From contig JAZGFI010000136.1 in assembly GCA_036479435.1 (NCBI GenBank), positions 1 to 50,057 of the forward strand: a DNA stretch of 50,057 bases. Direction: 5' to 3'. This DNA is from Planctomycetota bacterium. Its GTDB lineage: Bacteria > Planctomycetota > GCA-002687715 > DRQF01. The position numbers were made by a program, and so were the translations under genes. This document shows, piece after piece, positions 36,681 to 48,600 of the stretch; the first letter of the stretch is position 1, and every line of letters begins with the position of its first letter. The notes under the pieces were generated by a model, which was given only the letters and a program-made list of their open reading frames with translations, did not search any database and was not told the origin of the DNA.

Positions 36681-38806
36681 AATATCGGTGGCTGACGGGT
36701 CTCATTCTTTCCTGTTCCTTGCTGGCGGGTTTGAGCCTTGTCGACCGGCTTGGTGCCCAGTCATCCCAATCTCGCGCACCTCGTTTCCTAGCCGCCGTTC
36801 TCGAGCGCGATGCTCTCGTCGAGAAAGTGCGCCGCTTTGAGGCCGCGGCTAGCCAAAAAGACTGGTCGACAACCGTCACCCTCGCTCAAGAGTTGATCGA
36901 AAGCGAATGGACCGTTCCCGCGGCGACCGACCCCAAGGACTCAGAATCAAAAGCCCTGATGAGGCCGGGACAAGAGCAGCAACTCTACGCCGATGAGAAA
37001 GAAAAGGGGCTTCATCTTTCGGTCCGCGACTACATCACTCGGCGCTTGGTGAACTTGCCTCATGAGGCCTTGAAACGCTACCGCGAGATCCGCGAAGACG
37101 TTGCAGCGCAAGAGCTCATCCAGGCCCTGAAGACCCGTTCCCAAACGGCCGCGCTCAGCCGACTCGTGTTTCGCTACGGAGCCACCGCGGCCGGGATGGA
37201 GGCACTTCGTATTCGCTCGGAATGGCGATTGGAGCGCGGCGATTTTCAGATTGCTGCTCGTGGTTTTGAAGATTGGCTAGACCTCGCGTGGACTCCCCCG
37301 CTGTACGAAAAAAAGCGCGTCTCGGTACTGGCCTCTTTGTCCTTGGCTCTGTCGGAGCTGGGCGAAATCGCCGCGCTCACGGGCCTCAGCCAGCGGGATG
37401 ACATCGGCGCCGAGATGGATCAAAGCCTGAAGCAACAGGGAAAACAACTCACTCTTAAGGCCTTTTGCAGCGAGCAAATTCAGCGATGTGAACGGAGGCG
37501 GCAGCAACAACGACCAGCAGGGCCGACCGGCAAACTCGAAGAGCGCTGGCGAGTCGAGCGCACGCCTTCCAAAAAAGACTACCTGTTGCCACAACCGCGT
37601 GCGGGCGCAGACAGTCTTGTGTTTCACGATCACGCAAAAGTCCTGAAGTTGCAGATTGAGAGCGGCGATGTGCAGTGGGAAAAAGCCCTCGACAAAGCAA
37701 GCATTCCGGGCACAAAAATCCCCTTGAGCTTGAGGGGCCACGAGATTCGATCATTGGCCGGTGCTTATGGTTCCGGCTGCTATGCCTTTGTCACCGAAAG
37801 CCGTTCGCCGCAACAACGCACCCTCGTCGTCTTGGATGCCATGAACGGCGAAACCCGTTGGCTGCGCTATCCCGCACGAGACCTAGCTGACTACGGTATC
37901 CCAAGCCTACGCTACGATCCCAATCCTCTGATCGTCGGCAGCCGGCTCTTTGTGACCGCCATCGATGGCGCGGCAAACCCTGCGAGCTGGATCTGCGCAT
38001 TCGATCTCGCCAGCGCCGAGCTGTTGTGGATGACCCGCGTCCCCGGGGGCGCGCCCTTCATCTACGAGACGGCGTCACCCGATCAAAAAGACGAAACGGT
38101 CCCCAGGGCTTGGCTGGGGTGCTTACCGATGGCGGTCTCACGGGGACTTTTGTACCTGTGCAACAACCTGGGGTCACTGGCCGCGCTCGAAGTCGAGTCG
38201 GGCCGACTGCGCTTTTTGTACCGCTATCCCCGGCGCCGCGTCGAGAGTCGTGGGCGCTTTGATCCGGGCACCCTTTCCCGTGGTTGGCGGGACAACCCCG
38301 TCCAAATTGGGGCGCAAGGCCTCGCTTTTGCGCCCGATGACGCTGACTTTTGCTTTTTCATGTATTTGCGTCCGCCCCTGGACGCCGAACGCCGGTCAAA
38401 AAACCTCAATTGGCTCCTGGCGGAACGACTTCCCCGCGGCGACATGACTCAGCTGATCGCGATGCAAGATGGTCAGGCATGGCTCGGAGGCTTCGATCGC
38501 GTCTCCAATTGGAACGTCGTGCAGGCCTTAGCACCTTTTCGCCGGCCGGACGGTCTCCAGCTGTGGCCAGCTGCCGCCCCCCTCGACAGTGAAATTTTGG
38601 GACGCGGAATTGTCGACGATAAGAATGTGTATGTTTGCAGCCGCAGCTACGTTTATGCCATTGGGAGGGAGACCGGCGTGCCGGCTCCGCCCCTGTTGAG
38701 CCGCGAAGACCAAGGGGCTCGTCAGCTCGGCGATCTCGAATTGGCAAAGGGACGCCTGGTGGTCGTCTCCAAAACCGCTATAAGTTGCTACGGCAAAAAG
38801 GAATAG
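36677..38806 (+). CDS. Exported TPR-like + PQQ/BamB-like beta-propeller protein
   Basis: Signal peptide; helical N-domain; repeats LDAMNGETRW, FDLASAELLW, LEVESGRLRF. TTG start overlaps the lpxD stop. Confidence 0.82.
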   Translation: MKYRWLTGLILSCSLLAGLSLVDRLGAQSSQSRAPRFLAAVLERDALVEKVRRFEAAASQKDWSTTVTLAQELIESEWTVPAATDPKDSESKALMRPGQEQQLYADEKEKGLHLSVRDYITRRLVNLPHEALKRYREIREDVAAQELIQALKTRSQTAALSRLVFRYGATAAGMEALRIRSEWRLERGDFQIAARGFEDWLDLAWTPPLYEKKRVSVLASLSLALSELGEIAALTGLSQRDDIGAEMDQSLKQQGKQLTLKAFCSEQIQRCERRRQQQRPAGPTGKLEERWRVERTPSKKDYLLPQPRAGADSLVFHDHAKVLKLQIESGDVQWEKALDKASIPGTKIPLSLRGHEIRSLAGAYGSGCYAFVTESRSPQQRTLVVLDAMNGETRWLRYPARDLADYGIPSLRYDPNPLIVGSRLFVTAIDGAANPASWICAFDLASAELLWMTRVPGGAPFIYETASPDQKDETVPRAWLGCLPMAVSRGLLYLCNNLGSLAALEVESGRLRFLYRYPRRRVESRGRFDPGTLSRGWRDNPVQIGAQGLAFAPDDADFCFFMYLRPPLDAERRSKNLNWLLAERLPRGDMTQLIAMQDGQAWLGGFDRVSNWNVVQALAPFRRPDGLQLWPAAAPLDSEILGRGIVDDKNVYVCSRSYVYAIGRETGVPAPPLLSREDQGARQLGDLELAKGRLVVVSKTAISCYGKKE

Positions 38807-38821
38807 GGGATTCAATCTAAC

Positions 38822-39892
38822 ATGACCGACACCGGATCCGACGCGGGCGGCGACCTCAAAGCCGTCGAGCATCTCCGCGAATCAGTGGCCAAAGTTCGCG
38901 ATGAATTGAAAAAGGTCATCGTCGGGCAGGAAGAGGTCATCGACCAGCTCATGTTGGCGATCTTGAGCCGGGGGCACTGTCTTCTCAAAGGCGTGCCCGG
39001 TTTGGCCAAGACGCTCATGATTTCTTCCCTCGCCGAAAGCCTCAGCCTGGCCTTCAATCGCATTCAGTTCACGCCCGACTTGATGCCCTCGGACATCACC
39101 GGGACCGAAGTGATCCAGGAAGACAAGGCGACCGGGACTCGCAACTTCAAGTTCATCCCCGGGCCGATCTTTGCCAACATCATTTTGGCCGACGAAATCA
39201 ACCGCACTCCGCCCAAGACCCAAGCCGCCCTGCTTGAGGCAATGCAGGAACACCAGGTGTCCGCGGCTGGAACTCGCCATCCCTTGCCCGAGCCCTTTTT
39301 CGTACTCGCAACGCAGAACCCCATCGAGCAAGAGGGAACTTACCCCCTCCCCGAAGCGCAGCTTGACCGCTTCATGTTCATGGTGAATGTCGACTACCCT
39401 TCAGGCGAAGAGGAGTTGCAAATCATCAAGCAAACGACCTCCGATTATCGCGGCGAAATCAAAGCCGTGCTAACGGGAGAAGAGATCATCGAGCTCCAAA
39501 ACCTCGTGCGGCGCGTGCCGGTCAGCGACCATGTCGTGAAGTACGCCCTGGAGTTCTCGCGCCGGACTCGCGTTCACAGCGACGAAGCGCCTGACTTTGT
39601 GAAACAGTGGATCGCTTGGGGCGCGGGACCGCGCGCTTCGCAATATCTCATCTTGGGGGGCAAGGCCCGCGCCGTCTTGGCGGGTCGACACTTCGTGTCC
39701 GGCGAGGACATTCGCGCCGTGGCAAGGCCTGTGCTTCGGCACCGTATCATCACCAACTTTAGCGCCGAGGCGGAGGGGATCACGACGGATACCGTGATCG
39801 AAAAGCTCATCGAGACGATTCCGCGCGCCGACAGCGAGATCAGCTCCGATGGAAGACTATCGACGGTACTTGGATCCGAAGACCCTCAATAA
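38822..39892 (+). CDS. moxR: MoxR family AAA+ ATPase
   Basis: [73 protein letters not shown]. Confidence 0.97.
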   Translation: MTDTGSDAGGDLKAVEHLRESVAKVRDELKKVIVGQEEVIDQLMLAILSRGHCLLKGVPGLAKTLMISSLAESLSLAFNRIQFTPDLMPSDITGTEVIQEDKATGTRNFKFIPGPIFANIILADEINRTPPKTQAALLEAMQEHQVSAAGTRHPLPEPFFVLATQNPIEQEGTYPLPEAQLDRFMFMVNVDYPSGEEELQIIKQTTSDYRGEIKAVLTGEEIIELQNLVRRVPVSDHVVKYALEFSRRTRVHSDEAPDFVKQWIAWGAGPRASQYLILGGKARAVLAGRHFVSGEDIRAVARPVLRHRIITNFSAEAEGITTDTVIEKLIETIPRADSEISSDGRLSTVLGSEDPQ

Positions 39893-40745
39893 GGTCGCCG
39901 GACTCGAGCTCAAAGCACGTCTCATTGTCGAAGGTTTTGTCGCGGGCCGCCACCAAAGTCCCTTGAAGGGATCGTCGGTGGAGTTCCGCGAACACCGGGA
40001 ATACGTGCCTGGAGACGATACACGTTTCCTTGACTGGAAGGTCTACGCCAAGACCGACCGCTTTTACATCAAGGAGTACGAAGAGGAGACCAGTCTGAAG
40101 GCCTACATGGTCGTAGACACTTCTCATTCAATGTCCTTCGCATCGGGCGACAACGTCTCCAAGTTGGAGTACGCCAAATTCGTCGCAGCGTCGCTCACCC
40201 ATCTCATTTCACAACAACAAGACGCGGCGGCCTTGGTGCTTTGGGACCACGAGCTCAAAAAATTCCTGCCTCCGGGCAACAACCCTCTCCACATTCGGGA
40301 CATCTACCGCTCCCTGTCTGAAGTCAAGGCACAGGGTAAAACCGACATCGGGGCCCTATTGGCCGACGTTGCCGAGCGGCTCCGGCAGCGTTCCCTGATC
40401 ATCTTGCTGAGCGACCTCTTTGACGACGACGGTGGTCTAGACCGAGGGCTCAAGTACGTACGACACAAAGGTCACGACGTCATCTGCTTTCACACTCTTG
40501 ACCCCGCGGAATTGACGTTCCCCTTTGATCGCATGACGCGCTTCGAGGGCCTCGAAGTAGAGGACCGCCTGCTCGCCGATCCGAAAGCGCTCAAAGAGGC
40601 CTACCTCGAAGAGCTTGAAGCCTTCATTCAAAACGCCAGGTCGGCGTGCATGGCGAACAAGATGGACTATGTGCAGCTCGACACGAGCGCACCCTTGGAT
40701 ATTGCCCTATCGAGCTACCTTGCCGCCCGGGCTGGCGCGCACTGA
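39849..40745 (+). CDS. DUF58 domain protein
   Basis: [56 protein letters not shown]. Confidence 0.95.
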   Translation: MEDYRRYLDPKTLNKVAGLELKARLIVEGFVAGRHQSPLKGSSVEFREHREYVPGDDTRFLDWKVYAKTDRFYIKEYEEETSLKAYMVVDTSHSMSFASGDNVSKLEYAKFVAASLTHLISQQQDAAALVLWDHELKKFLPPGNNPLHIRDIYRSLSEVKAQGKTDIGALLADVAERLRQRSLIILLSDLFDDDGGLDRGLKYVRHKGHDVICFHTLDPAELTFPFDRMTRFEGLEVEDRLLADPKALKEAYLEELEAFIQNARSACMANKMDYVQLDTSAPLDIALSSYLAARAGAH

Positions 40746-40813
40746 GCCGTAGCGGCGGCGAATACTAAACAAAGCGTCGCTGACTACGCGACCATGAAGG
40801 ACTGAACGAAGGC

Positions 40814-43162
40814 ATGGGTAATTTCTTTGGGGCACCGGCGATGTTGTGGTGGGCGGCAGCGGCCAGTGTGCCGATCGCCATTCACTTGTTGTCGCGACGC
40901 CGTTACAAACGGCTGCCTTGGGCCGCGATGGAACTCATCAATCGCGCCTTCAAAAAGACCCGCAAGCGGCTCCGCCTCGAGAACCTGTTGTTGTTGCTGT
41001 TGAGAATCCTCGCCCTGTTGTTGTTCGCCTTGGCCTTGGCGGACCCGCGGCTGGACGGCGGCAAGCTATTTGGCGGCAACGAGGGCTCGCGAAACGTCAT
41101 CATGATCCTCGACGCGTCGTTCTCGATGGACACCCGCGACCAAAGCGATCAATCCGCTTTCGCTCGGGCCAAGAAACTGGCGGCCGAACTCGCCGGCGAC
41201 CTCAACCCCGAACGCGACGCGGGAGCCCTCATCGGCGCGGCATCGCCGTCGCAACTAAACTTGCCCTTAACGCACGAGATCGATCGATTGAGATCTTCGA
41301 TTGACAGCATGAAAATCACGGCGGCCGCTACCGACTTATTGGGTAGCCTGCGGATCGCGGCGGGGCTCCTTGCTGAACCGGGACTGGAAACTGAGTACCC
41401 GGGCAGTCGGACCGTCTACTGTTTCACAGACATGCAGAAGCTGCCGTTCGTGACCGCGGCTCAGGCCCAAAGCGATGATGACGAGGCCTCGAGTCCCGAA
41501 ATCGCTCTCGGCGACATCCCCGATCCCGCCCTCGAGAAGGTCCTTCGAGACCTGTTCGCCTTGCAGGCAAGAGTCGTCTTTGTGGACGTCGGAGATGACA
41601 GCGAAGAGCGGCGGCGCAATATTGCCGTGTCCGCCCTCGAGCACAGCGGTAAGACTTTGGTCGCCGGAATAGAAACGGATTTTGAAGTCCGAGTCGCCAA
41701 CTTCAGCAACAACGCCGAGGGCGGAGAAATTCAATTCTTCGTGGACCAAGAAAAGACCTTTGCCCAGAGCGAGCGGATCGAAGATCTGGGGCCGCGGCAG
41801 GCCCACGCCGGAACTGAGGTCGCCCTTAGTTTCTCCGCCAAGTTCGATCGGCCGGGGTGGCACTATGTCGCCGCGCGGTACCTGGAAGACGCGCTTCCAA
41901 TCGACAATATTCGCCGCTTTGCCTTTTACGTCCGTGAGCGCATCAAAGTCCTTGCGGTGAGCGGCAAGGCGACCGCGGAGCCGGAGGAGGCGGCGGCGTT
42001 TTTTGTGACCCGCGCCCTCGACCCTTTCGTCGGAGGTCATCAGGGCAACGCGAGTTTCAGCGTCAAAGAGATGAACGCCATCGAAATCGGCGGCGAGCGA
42101 TTCGCTGATTATGATCTCATCCTTCTCGCCGACGTTGCGCAACTAAGCGCGCCGAAGCTAAAGGAGCTCGAAAACTTCGTGAGCGCTGGCGGCTCTTGCA
42201 TGTTTTTCGCGGGGGCGTCGTTCGAAACTCCCGGTCGCATGGGCGCGCAGGGCGGTAGCAGCAACGAGCTATTTTACCGCGACGGCGAAGGCTTGCTGCC
42301 CGCGCGTTTGATCGCGGCTCTGGGCAGCGACGAGTTCACCGAGAACCCTTACGCAGTTCAGTTCGACTCGTTCGACCACCCCGCTACGGCCTACTTTGAG
42401 GACAAAAAAGTCCGACCTGGCATCACGCGCATCCCGGTCTACAAGTTCGTCTCGACAGATCCCGATCTGGAAAATCATAGCGTTAGGGTCTTGTCGAGTT
42501 TTCGCGCTACAAACGCGCAAAACTCACTGGGAAAGACCTGGCCAGCCGTCATCGAGAAGCGTTTTGGAGCTGGCCGCACCATCTTGATTACCACCAGTGC
42601 CGATCGATCGTGGAATCTCCTCGGAGCGTCGCCGGCCTTCGTCCCCTTCATTCGCGAAATGGCCTACTACCTGACTCGCGACACGCGACGCGCCAATCTC
42701 ACGGTGGGCGAGCCACTCGAAGCACGTTTTGGGCCGACCGTCACTTCGGTCCGCGTCCAGCGCGGAAACACGCCGACCAAAAACTTGTCGCCCACCTTGA
42801 CTGCCAATTCGCAATCCGCCGTCCTGGCGATTGGACGCTTGAGTGACTGCGAGCTGATCAGGATGGACTACGACGACACCAATGGCGAAGATGAAGAATC
42901 AATGCGCCTGTTTGCCGTCAACGTCAATCCCGAGGAGTCTGACTTGAACCGCGTTGGCAGTGGTTGGCTCAAGCTGCAGTTTGGGGACGAACTGTTGACG
43001 GTTGTCCGCCAGTTCGATGAGATCGTGGAAGAGTCTAACGCGTCGGAGAAATCTCGGCTTTGGCGGTTCTTTCTCTACCTCGTCTTGGGAGCTCTCGTGT
43101 TAGAGACGATCTTGGCCCAGCGATTCAGCCGCAAGCAAAGCATCGGGGGAGCCACCGCGTGA
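40814..43162 (+). CDS. BatA N-terminal + VWA domain membrane protein
   Basis: VPIAIHLLSRRR...WAAM...LLLLLR...LALADP; MIDAS ILDASFSM and FTDMQ; C-terminal FAVNVNPEESDL followed by a TM. Confidence 0.9.
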   Translation: MGNFFGAPAMLWWAAAASVPIAIHLLSRRRYKRLPWAAMELINRAFKKTRKRLRLENLLLLLLRILALLLFALALADPRLDGGKLFGGNEGSRNVIMILDASFSMDTRDQSDQSAFARAKKLAAELAGDLNPERDAGALIGAASPSQLNLPLTHEIDRLRSSIDSMKITAAATDLLGSLRIAAGLLAEPGLETEYPGSRTVYCFTDMQKLPFVTAAQAQSDDDEASSPEIALGDIPDPALEKVLRDLFALQARVVFVDVGDDSEERRRNIAVSALEHSGKTLVAGIETDFEVRVANFSNNAEGGEIQFFVDQEKTFAQSERIEDLGPRQAHAGTEVALSFSAKFDRPGWHYVAARYLEDALPIDNIRRFAFYVRERIKVLAVSGKATAEPEEAAAFFVTRALDPFVGGHQGNASFSVKEMNAIEIGGERFADYDLILLADVAQLSAPKLKELENFVSAGGSCMFFAGASFETPGRMGAQGGSSNELFYRDGEGLLPARLIAALGSDEFTENPYAVQFDSFDHPATAYFEDKKVRPGITRIPVYKFVSTDPDLENHSVRVLSSFRATNAQNSLGKTWPAVIEKRFGAGRTILITTSADRSWNLLGASPAFVPFIREMAYYLTRDTRRANLTVGEPLEARFGPTVTSVRVQRGNTPTKNLSPTLTANSQSAVLAIGRLSDCELIRMDYDDTNGEDEESMRLFAVNVNPEESDLNRVGSGWLKLQFGDELLTVVRQFDEIVEESNASEKSRLWRFFLYLVLGALVLETILAQRFSRKQSIGGATA

Positions 43163-45573
43163 GTTCTTCCGCCACCTCCCTTTTGAGTTCGACATTTTTC
43201 GCCGCCGACGACCAGCTCGTCAGCGACGGCATTCACTTCAACAGCCTCCCGGCAAACTACGTCGCTTGGTTTCTCATACCTCTGGGACTCATTCTCTTCG
43301 CTTGGTTCTTCTACAAGCGTGAAAACAGAGCGCCGACATGGGCCAAGATTTCCTTGACCTTGCTACGCGCCGCCGCAATCTTTTTGGTAATCCTGCTGCT
43401 CTTTGATCCCTACCGACAGTTTCGAAAAGTCGAGGAGATCCGATCTCTCGTCACCGTTGTCGTGGACGGGTCTGCGAGCATGGCGCGGCGCGATGCCTAC
43501 GAGCAAGATCAGGATTTGGCCGATGAGCTTCGCCGGGCAACGAAACTCGGTTCGGGGACGTCCTTGGACAAGGTCACCCGAACAGAGCTCGTCCAACGCG
43601 CCCTGGGAACCGAGGGTGCCCGACTCTTGGAACGGTTGGCCGAAAAGCACGATGTTCGCACCTTTGTCTACTCAGCCGGCAAGCCCCGCGCGATCGCAAG
43701 CCTTGGAGAGCTCACGAACGACGGACCCGTGACCGCAACCGGCGACGCCCTTGCGCATCTCCTTGCCGACCCGGAAGTTCAGGCGAAACCGGACGCAAGC
43801 ATCATCTTGATCGGAGACGGCCGAACCAACACCGGTTCCAGCCCCATCGACATTGCCCGCTATGCCGGCGATAACGACAAGATTCCCATTCACGCCATCG
43901 GCGTCGGCGACCCAGATGCGCTTCGCGACATCGAACTGCGCTTTATTCGCGCCGATGAGGTCACCCTCAAGGGCAACACGGTAAAAATGGAGATTACGGT
44001 CCGCAACCGCGGCTTCGACGCGGGCTTCGTCACGATTTCGGTCAAAGACCAAGACCGGCGCTCCTGGGTCCCGACCCAAACCAAAAAGCTGCTCGCGACC
44101 GAGAACGATCAAGTCTTTGAACTCGATATCCTCGCCAATCGTGTCGGCACTTTCACGCTCACCGTGGAAGTTCAAGGCCCGGCCGGAGAGGAAAACAAGG
44201 ACAACAACCGCCGCGAGCACACGCTCACCGTGAAGGATGACAAGATCAAGATCTTGTACGTCGACACGCTGCCGCGCTGGGAGTACCGCCGTCTCAAGAA
44301 CTTCTTGGTGCGCGGCGATCAGTCCTTTGTCACGAATTGCCTGCTGCTTTCGGCCGAACCCAGTTTTCGCCAAGAGACCTCCGCCGGAGCCAAACCGCTC
44401 CGCGAGTTTCCCCAGACTTTCGAGGAGCTCGACAAGTTCGACGTCCTCATTTTCGGTGACGTCAATCCCATTCTTCTCGTCCCCACGCCTTCGAAGTTGA
44501 CGAGGATCCTCAAGAACATTCAACGATTTGTGGACAACGGTGGTGGGCTCGCCGTCATTTGTGGAGACGGGTGGACGCCGGCCGCTTATGCCGACACGCC
44601 ACTCGAAGAGGTTCTTCCGGTCGACATTAGCTTTTCTGGCGACGCCGGACTGATGAGCAACTACGTCGACGAATGGAAACCAAAGTTGAGCGCGGCCGGG
44701 CGACGACACCCGATTACCCAGCTAAAGCCAGACGCGATTGCCAACACTTCCCTTTGGGAGGATGCCCGTCGCTTTCCCTTGAAGTCTTTGCGTTGGTGGT
44801 ATCCGGTCCGCAAGGCCTCACCTGGCGGGCAGGTTTTGGCCTACCATCCAGATGGTCGGAATCGATTCGGCAGCTACCCGCTTTTGGTGACCGGCAACTA
44901 CGGGGACGGCCCGGTTTTCTTCTCGGCGATCGATGAGACTTGGCGTTGGTTTTTTCAGACCGGGCCGGTTTACTTCAATCGCTATTGGGGCAATGTGGTC
45001 CGCTACTTGGCACGGGCACATCTTTACCGCGGCAGCAAGCGCTACAAATTGCTGTCCGATCGCTCGGAGTATCAGCAAGGCCAGACCATCAAGCTCAAGG
45101 CATTTGTGAAGAACAAGAACTTCGATCCCGCGCTGACGGAGACCCAACGAGTCATGGTTTCGGCGCCCGATTCGAAAACCAAGTTGGTGGAGTTCAAAAA
45201 ACAGCGCGATGGCGAGTACGCCTATTCCTTCAAGCCGAGTAAGTTCGGCCGCTACCAGGCCTGGATTGTCGGAGACGAAGGAGTCGCGGGGAAACGCTAC
45301 GCACCCATTTCATTCGAAGCGAAGTTCGTCGACCCCGAGCGCCAAAATCCGGCCATGAACGAAGCGGCTCTGAAGGAGATCGCGGATGCCAGTGGCGGGA
45401 GTTATCTGCGATTGGCTCAAGCTGAGGACATTTTCGAACGTCTGAGAGCCGATACCACTCGTAGAGTTAAGACCAATCCCCGCCCCATCAAAAGTCGTGG
45501 TTGGCTACCGATGGTGCTCTTGGCGCTCTTGGCGACCGAGTGGCTGTTGCGCCGCCGGTTGAACATGGTTTGA
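43159..45573 (+). CDS. VWA + glutamine-amidotransferase-like domain membrane protein
   Basis: GTG 43159 overlaps the BatA stop and has a GGGGGAG RBS. VVDGSASM, IGDGRTN, PRWEYR, FDVLIFGDV, DETWRW, C-terminal TM with EWLLRRR. Confidence 0.88.
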   Translation: MSSSATSLLSSTFFAADDQLVSDGIHFNSLPANYVAWFLIPLGLILFAWFFYKRENRAPTWAKISLTLLRAAAIFLVILLLFDPYRQFRKVEEIRSLVTVVVDGSASMARRDAYEQDQDLADELRRATKLGSGTSLDKVTRTELVQRALGTEGARLLERLAEKHDVRTFVYSAGKPRAIASLGELTNDGPVTATGDALAHLLADPEVQAKPDASIILIGDGRTNTGSSPIDIARYAGDNDKIPIHAIGVGDPDALRDIELRFIRADEVTLKGNTVKMEITVRNRGFDAGFVTISVKDQDRRSWVPTQTKKLLATENDQVFELDILANRVGTFTLTVEVQGPAGEENKDNNRREHTLTVKDDKIKILYVDTLPRWEYRRLKNFLVRGDQSFVTNCLLLSAEPSFRQETSAGAKPLREFPQTFEELDKFDVLIFGDVNPILLVPTPSKLTRILKNIQRFVDNGGGLAVICGDGWTPAAYADTPLEEVLPVDISFSGDAGLMSNYVDEWKPKLSAAGRRHPITQLKPDAIANTSLWEDARRFPLKSLRWWYPVRKASPGGQVLAYHPDGRNRFGSYPLLVTGNYGDGPVFFSAIDETWRWFFQTGPVYFNRYWGNVVRYLARAHLYRGSKRYKLLSDRSEYQQGQTIKLKAFVKNKNFDPALTETQRVMVSAPDSKTKLVEFKKQRDGEYAYSFKPSKFGRYQAWIVGDEGVAGKRYAPISFEAKFVDPERQNPAMNEAALKEIADASGGSYLRLAQAEDIFERLRADTTRRVKTNPRPIKSRGWLPMVLLALLATEWLLRRRLNMV

Positions 45574-45607
45574 GGCCTTCGAAGGTCAGTACTGAAAAGG
45601 CAACAGC

Positions 45608-48600
45608 ATGACGAAGTCCAAGTTGCGAGTCACAACACGAAGCAGAGCCCGCAACCTCGCCCGGATGGTGACGAGACTAGCTCAGGGCCAGGGCCAGTAT
45701 TTGCCCTTTGTTTTTGCGTTCGTCTTTTTGCTTTTGGGAACGGGCCACTTGTGTGGGCAACGAGGTTGGGGGCGAACTCAGCAGTACTACGACAGCAACG
45801 TCCAGGTCGCGGGAAGCCGCGTGGCCCAAGAGCTTCTGACTAAGGCCGAGAAAGACCTTGAGAGCGGCGAGTTCGACCGCTGTGTGCGTTTGGTCCAACG
45901 GGTCCTCGATCACCATGCCTCGGGAGCCCTTAGCACTGAAAATGGTCGTTTCGTCGGCATCCGAGACTACTGCAACGAGTTCATCGCCAAGTTGCCCCCA
46001 AAAGGCCAGATCACCTATCGCAGAATCTTCGACCCCTACGCGAAAGAAATCTTCGAACGCGGGCTAACTGAGCACAACCCCAAGACTCTGGGTGAGGTCT
46101 TCCGCCGCTATCAGTATTCGAGTTTCGGTGCGAAAGCTCTCCTCGCAGCCTTGGACCTTGAGTTCAATACGGGTGCCTTTCAGGTCGCCTATGATCTGGC
46201 CTCACTTTACTTCGAACTGTTCTCGAATGAGGGCCAAAAACCCGAGCGTCACCGCTCCGACCGTCGCGCGGCCGCCTCAGGCCTCATCGCGGCGCGAATG
46301 ATGAACGACCGCGGCAGGCTCGAGCGATTTTCTCTCCGCATTCCGCCGGCCATCATGGCGACGGAGATTGCAGTCGCAGGAAACTCCGTTCGCATCTCGG
46401 AATTCGCCGAGCAACAACGCATGGCTCTCATCGGAGCTAACTCAGCGAGTGTGACTCCCAAAATCAATCAGCTCCTTCGCGCCCGCTGGAATGCGACGAT
46501 CCGCACCGATAACTGGGGCGCCCGAAAACCGAGCCATCTCTACGACTTTAAGCGCAATGCGCGACCCCAGGACTTCGCTTGGAATCCAGTCTTGCCGGTG
46601 ATGGATGAAGGAGCCATCTACTTTTCCGACGGGGTTTCAATCCGGGCCTTCAGCCTCTTCAACCCCGAGTTGAAATGGCAGTATGATGGTGTCGTGAAGC
46701 AGTCGCAGGCCCGCGTCAATCTCACTTCCAGCTATCCGATTACCCTAGACCGAAATATCCTGTTTGCGGCGCTAGAAATCGCGGTCGAGCGAGAGACTCG
46801 CATCTGGAATTTCACGCCACAAATGGCGGTGCCGGATCGAAGACTCCATGCCGTAGATGCATCGCGCGGCAATTCGATCTGGTCCCAAATGGAGTATCGC
46901 CACCCGGAAGCGAGCGATCAGGAGCGTTTCTTTGTTCGCCATTTGAGCATCACGAGCCGCCCGCTCGTCATTGGCGACAACCTCTACTGTTCGGCCACTC
47001 GTTTTCACACCAGCTATCACCACTACGTCTGTTGCTTTGACCGCAACAACGGCCGGCTCAAATGGTCGGTCTTTGTCTGCACCGGCCAAATGGAACAGAA
47101 CATGTTTGGCAATCGGGTGCGCGAATGCGTCTCCGGCGATCTCGTCGAAAAAGACGGCATCCTGTATTACTCAACGAACATCGGCGTCATCGCCGCCATC
47201 GATTCGCGCCTGAGAACCCTCAAATTCACCGCCGCTTACAAACAAGTGGGCATCCCTCGCCAAGACCGCTCCAACCGGCAGGTAAGTGAGAGAGCACCCA
47301 CCTGGGCCAACAACACCCCGGTGGTCGTGGGTGACACGATTTTCTTCACTCCCATCGACTCCCAAGAACTACTGGCCGTCAATCGTCACACCGGACATTG
47401 TCGAGTCGTGTTGAAGCGCGACCGCAGCAGCCATTACCGCTACATCGCCGGTCCCTTCGACGGAAAAATCGCAATTCTCGGCGCAAAAGTCGCCTTCTAC
47501 GACACCGTGAAGAAAGAGCTTTTGCTTGCATCTGGCATCAACTTCGCCGCCTCGTCCAGCGACTTGGCGGCGCGCCAGGCTGGCGTCTCGGGCCAGCCAG
47601 TCATCGTGGGGAACCGCCTTTTCGCCCCGGTCCACACGGGGAACAGGCGTTCCAAAGAGGGCCGCATCTACGCCTGGGACTTGACCACGCTCAAGATCGA
47701 CAAGGAAGTAAAACTCCGCAGCAGCAAGTTGATCGCTGGCGTGGGCAATCTCAGCTTTCACAACGGCGTTTTTGTGATGACGAGTACCGCCAGCGACCGA
47801 AAATCGTCCGTCGTGCGTTGCTATTTCGACCGCGCCGAACTCCAAAAACGACTCTTCGAACTGATGGCGCGCCATCCCGAAGATCCGCGCCCTCATTTTC
47901 AGGCGGGCGAGATCGCGCTCCAAGAAAAAGAGCCCGACTTCGCGAGCGCCATTGCCTCATTCCGCAAAGCAGAGCGCCTAGCCGGGCTCAGTACGGGTCG
48001 ATTCGACACCTGGGTGGCCAAATCTCGAGACGAACTCTTTCGGATCTACTTAGATCTTGCGGAGAACTCTGCGCATCGCAAAAGCGAGTTAAAACTCGAC
48101 AGTAAACAGTGCTTTGAAGCCGCCCTAAGGATGGCTCGATTTGACCAACAGCGTGTCGACATCTTGTTCAAGTTGCTGGGCAAGGCGGCATCGTCACGAG
48201 ATGCGTCGAGTTTCGAGCGCCACTACCGTACGGTGATGAGCCGCTACGCGAATGCGCCCTTCGATCACCGGGACGAACTCCAGGCTGACCTCCCCGAACT
48301 CGGGACCTTTACCCGCCACGACCAAGCCGGGCTCGTCGCAACCTTGTACGCGGCCAAGTTCCGGACGCGAATCGGAGACGCCGAGGGTGCGGTCGCCGCC
48401 TATCAACGAATCCTGCGCGACTATTCGCGATCGAACTTGGGTCGTGACGGCGCATGGACTGCGGCTTATCGCGGAATCGACAGAATCCTCAGCAACCGCA
48501 ATCGCGTGGTCTACGCGAAACAAGAGTTGGCCGCGAAGCAACTCTTCGACTCCGCAGGAGAACACGCCGTCACGCCTCTCAGACGCCTGCTCGACCTGTA

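Noticed and set aside
41336..44709. 268-aa and 345-aa antisense ORFs in the BatA/VWA genes
   Set aside because: Typical GC-rich shadow ORFs of well-supported genes.
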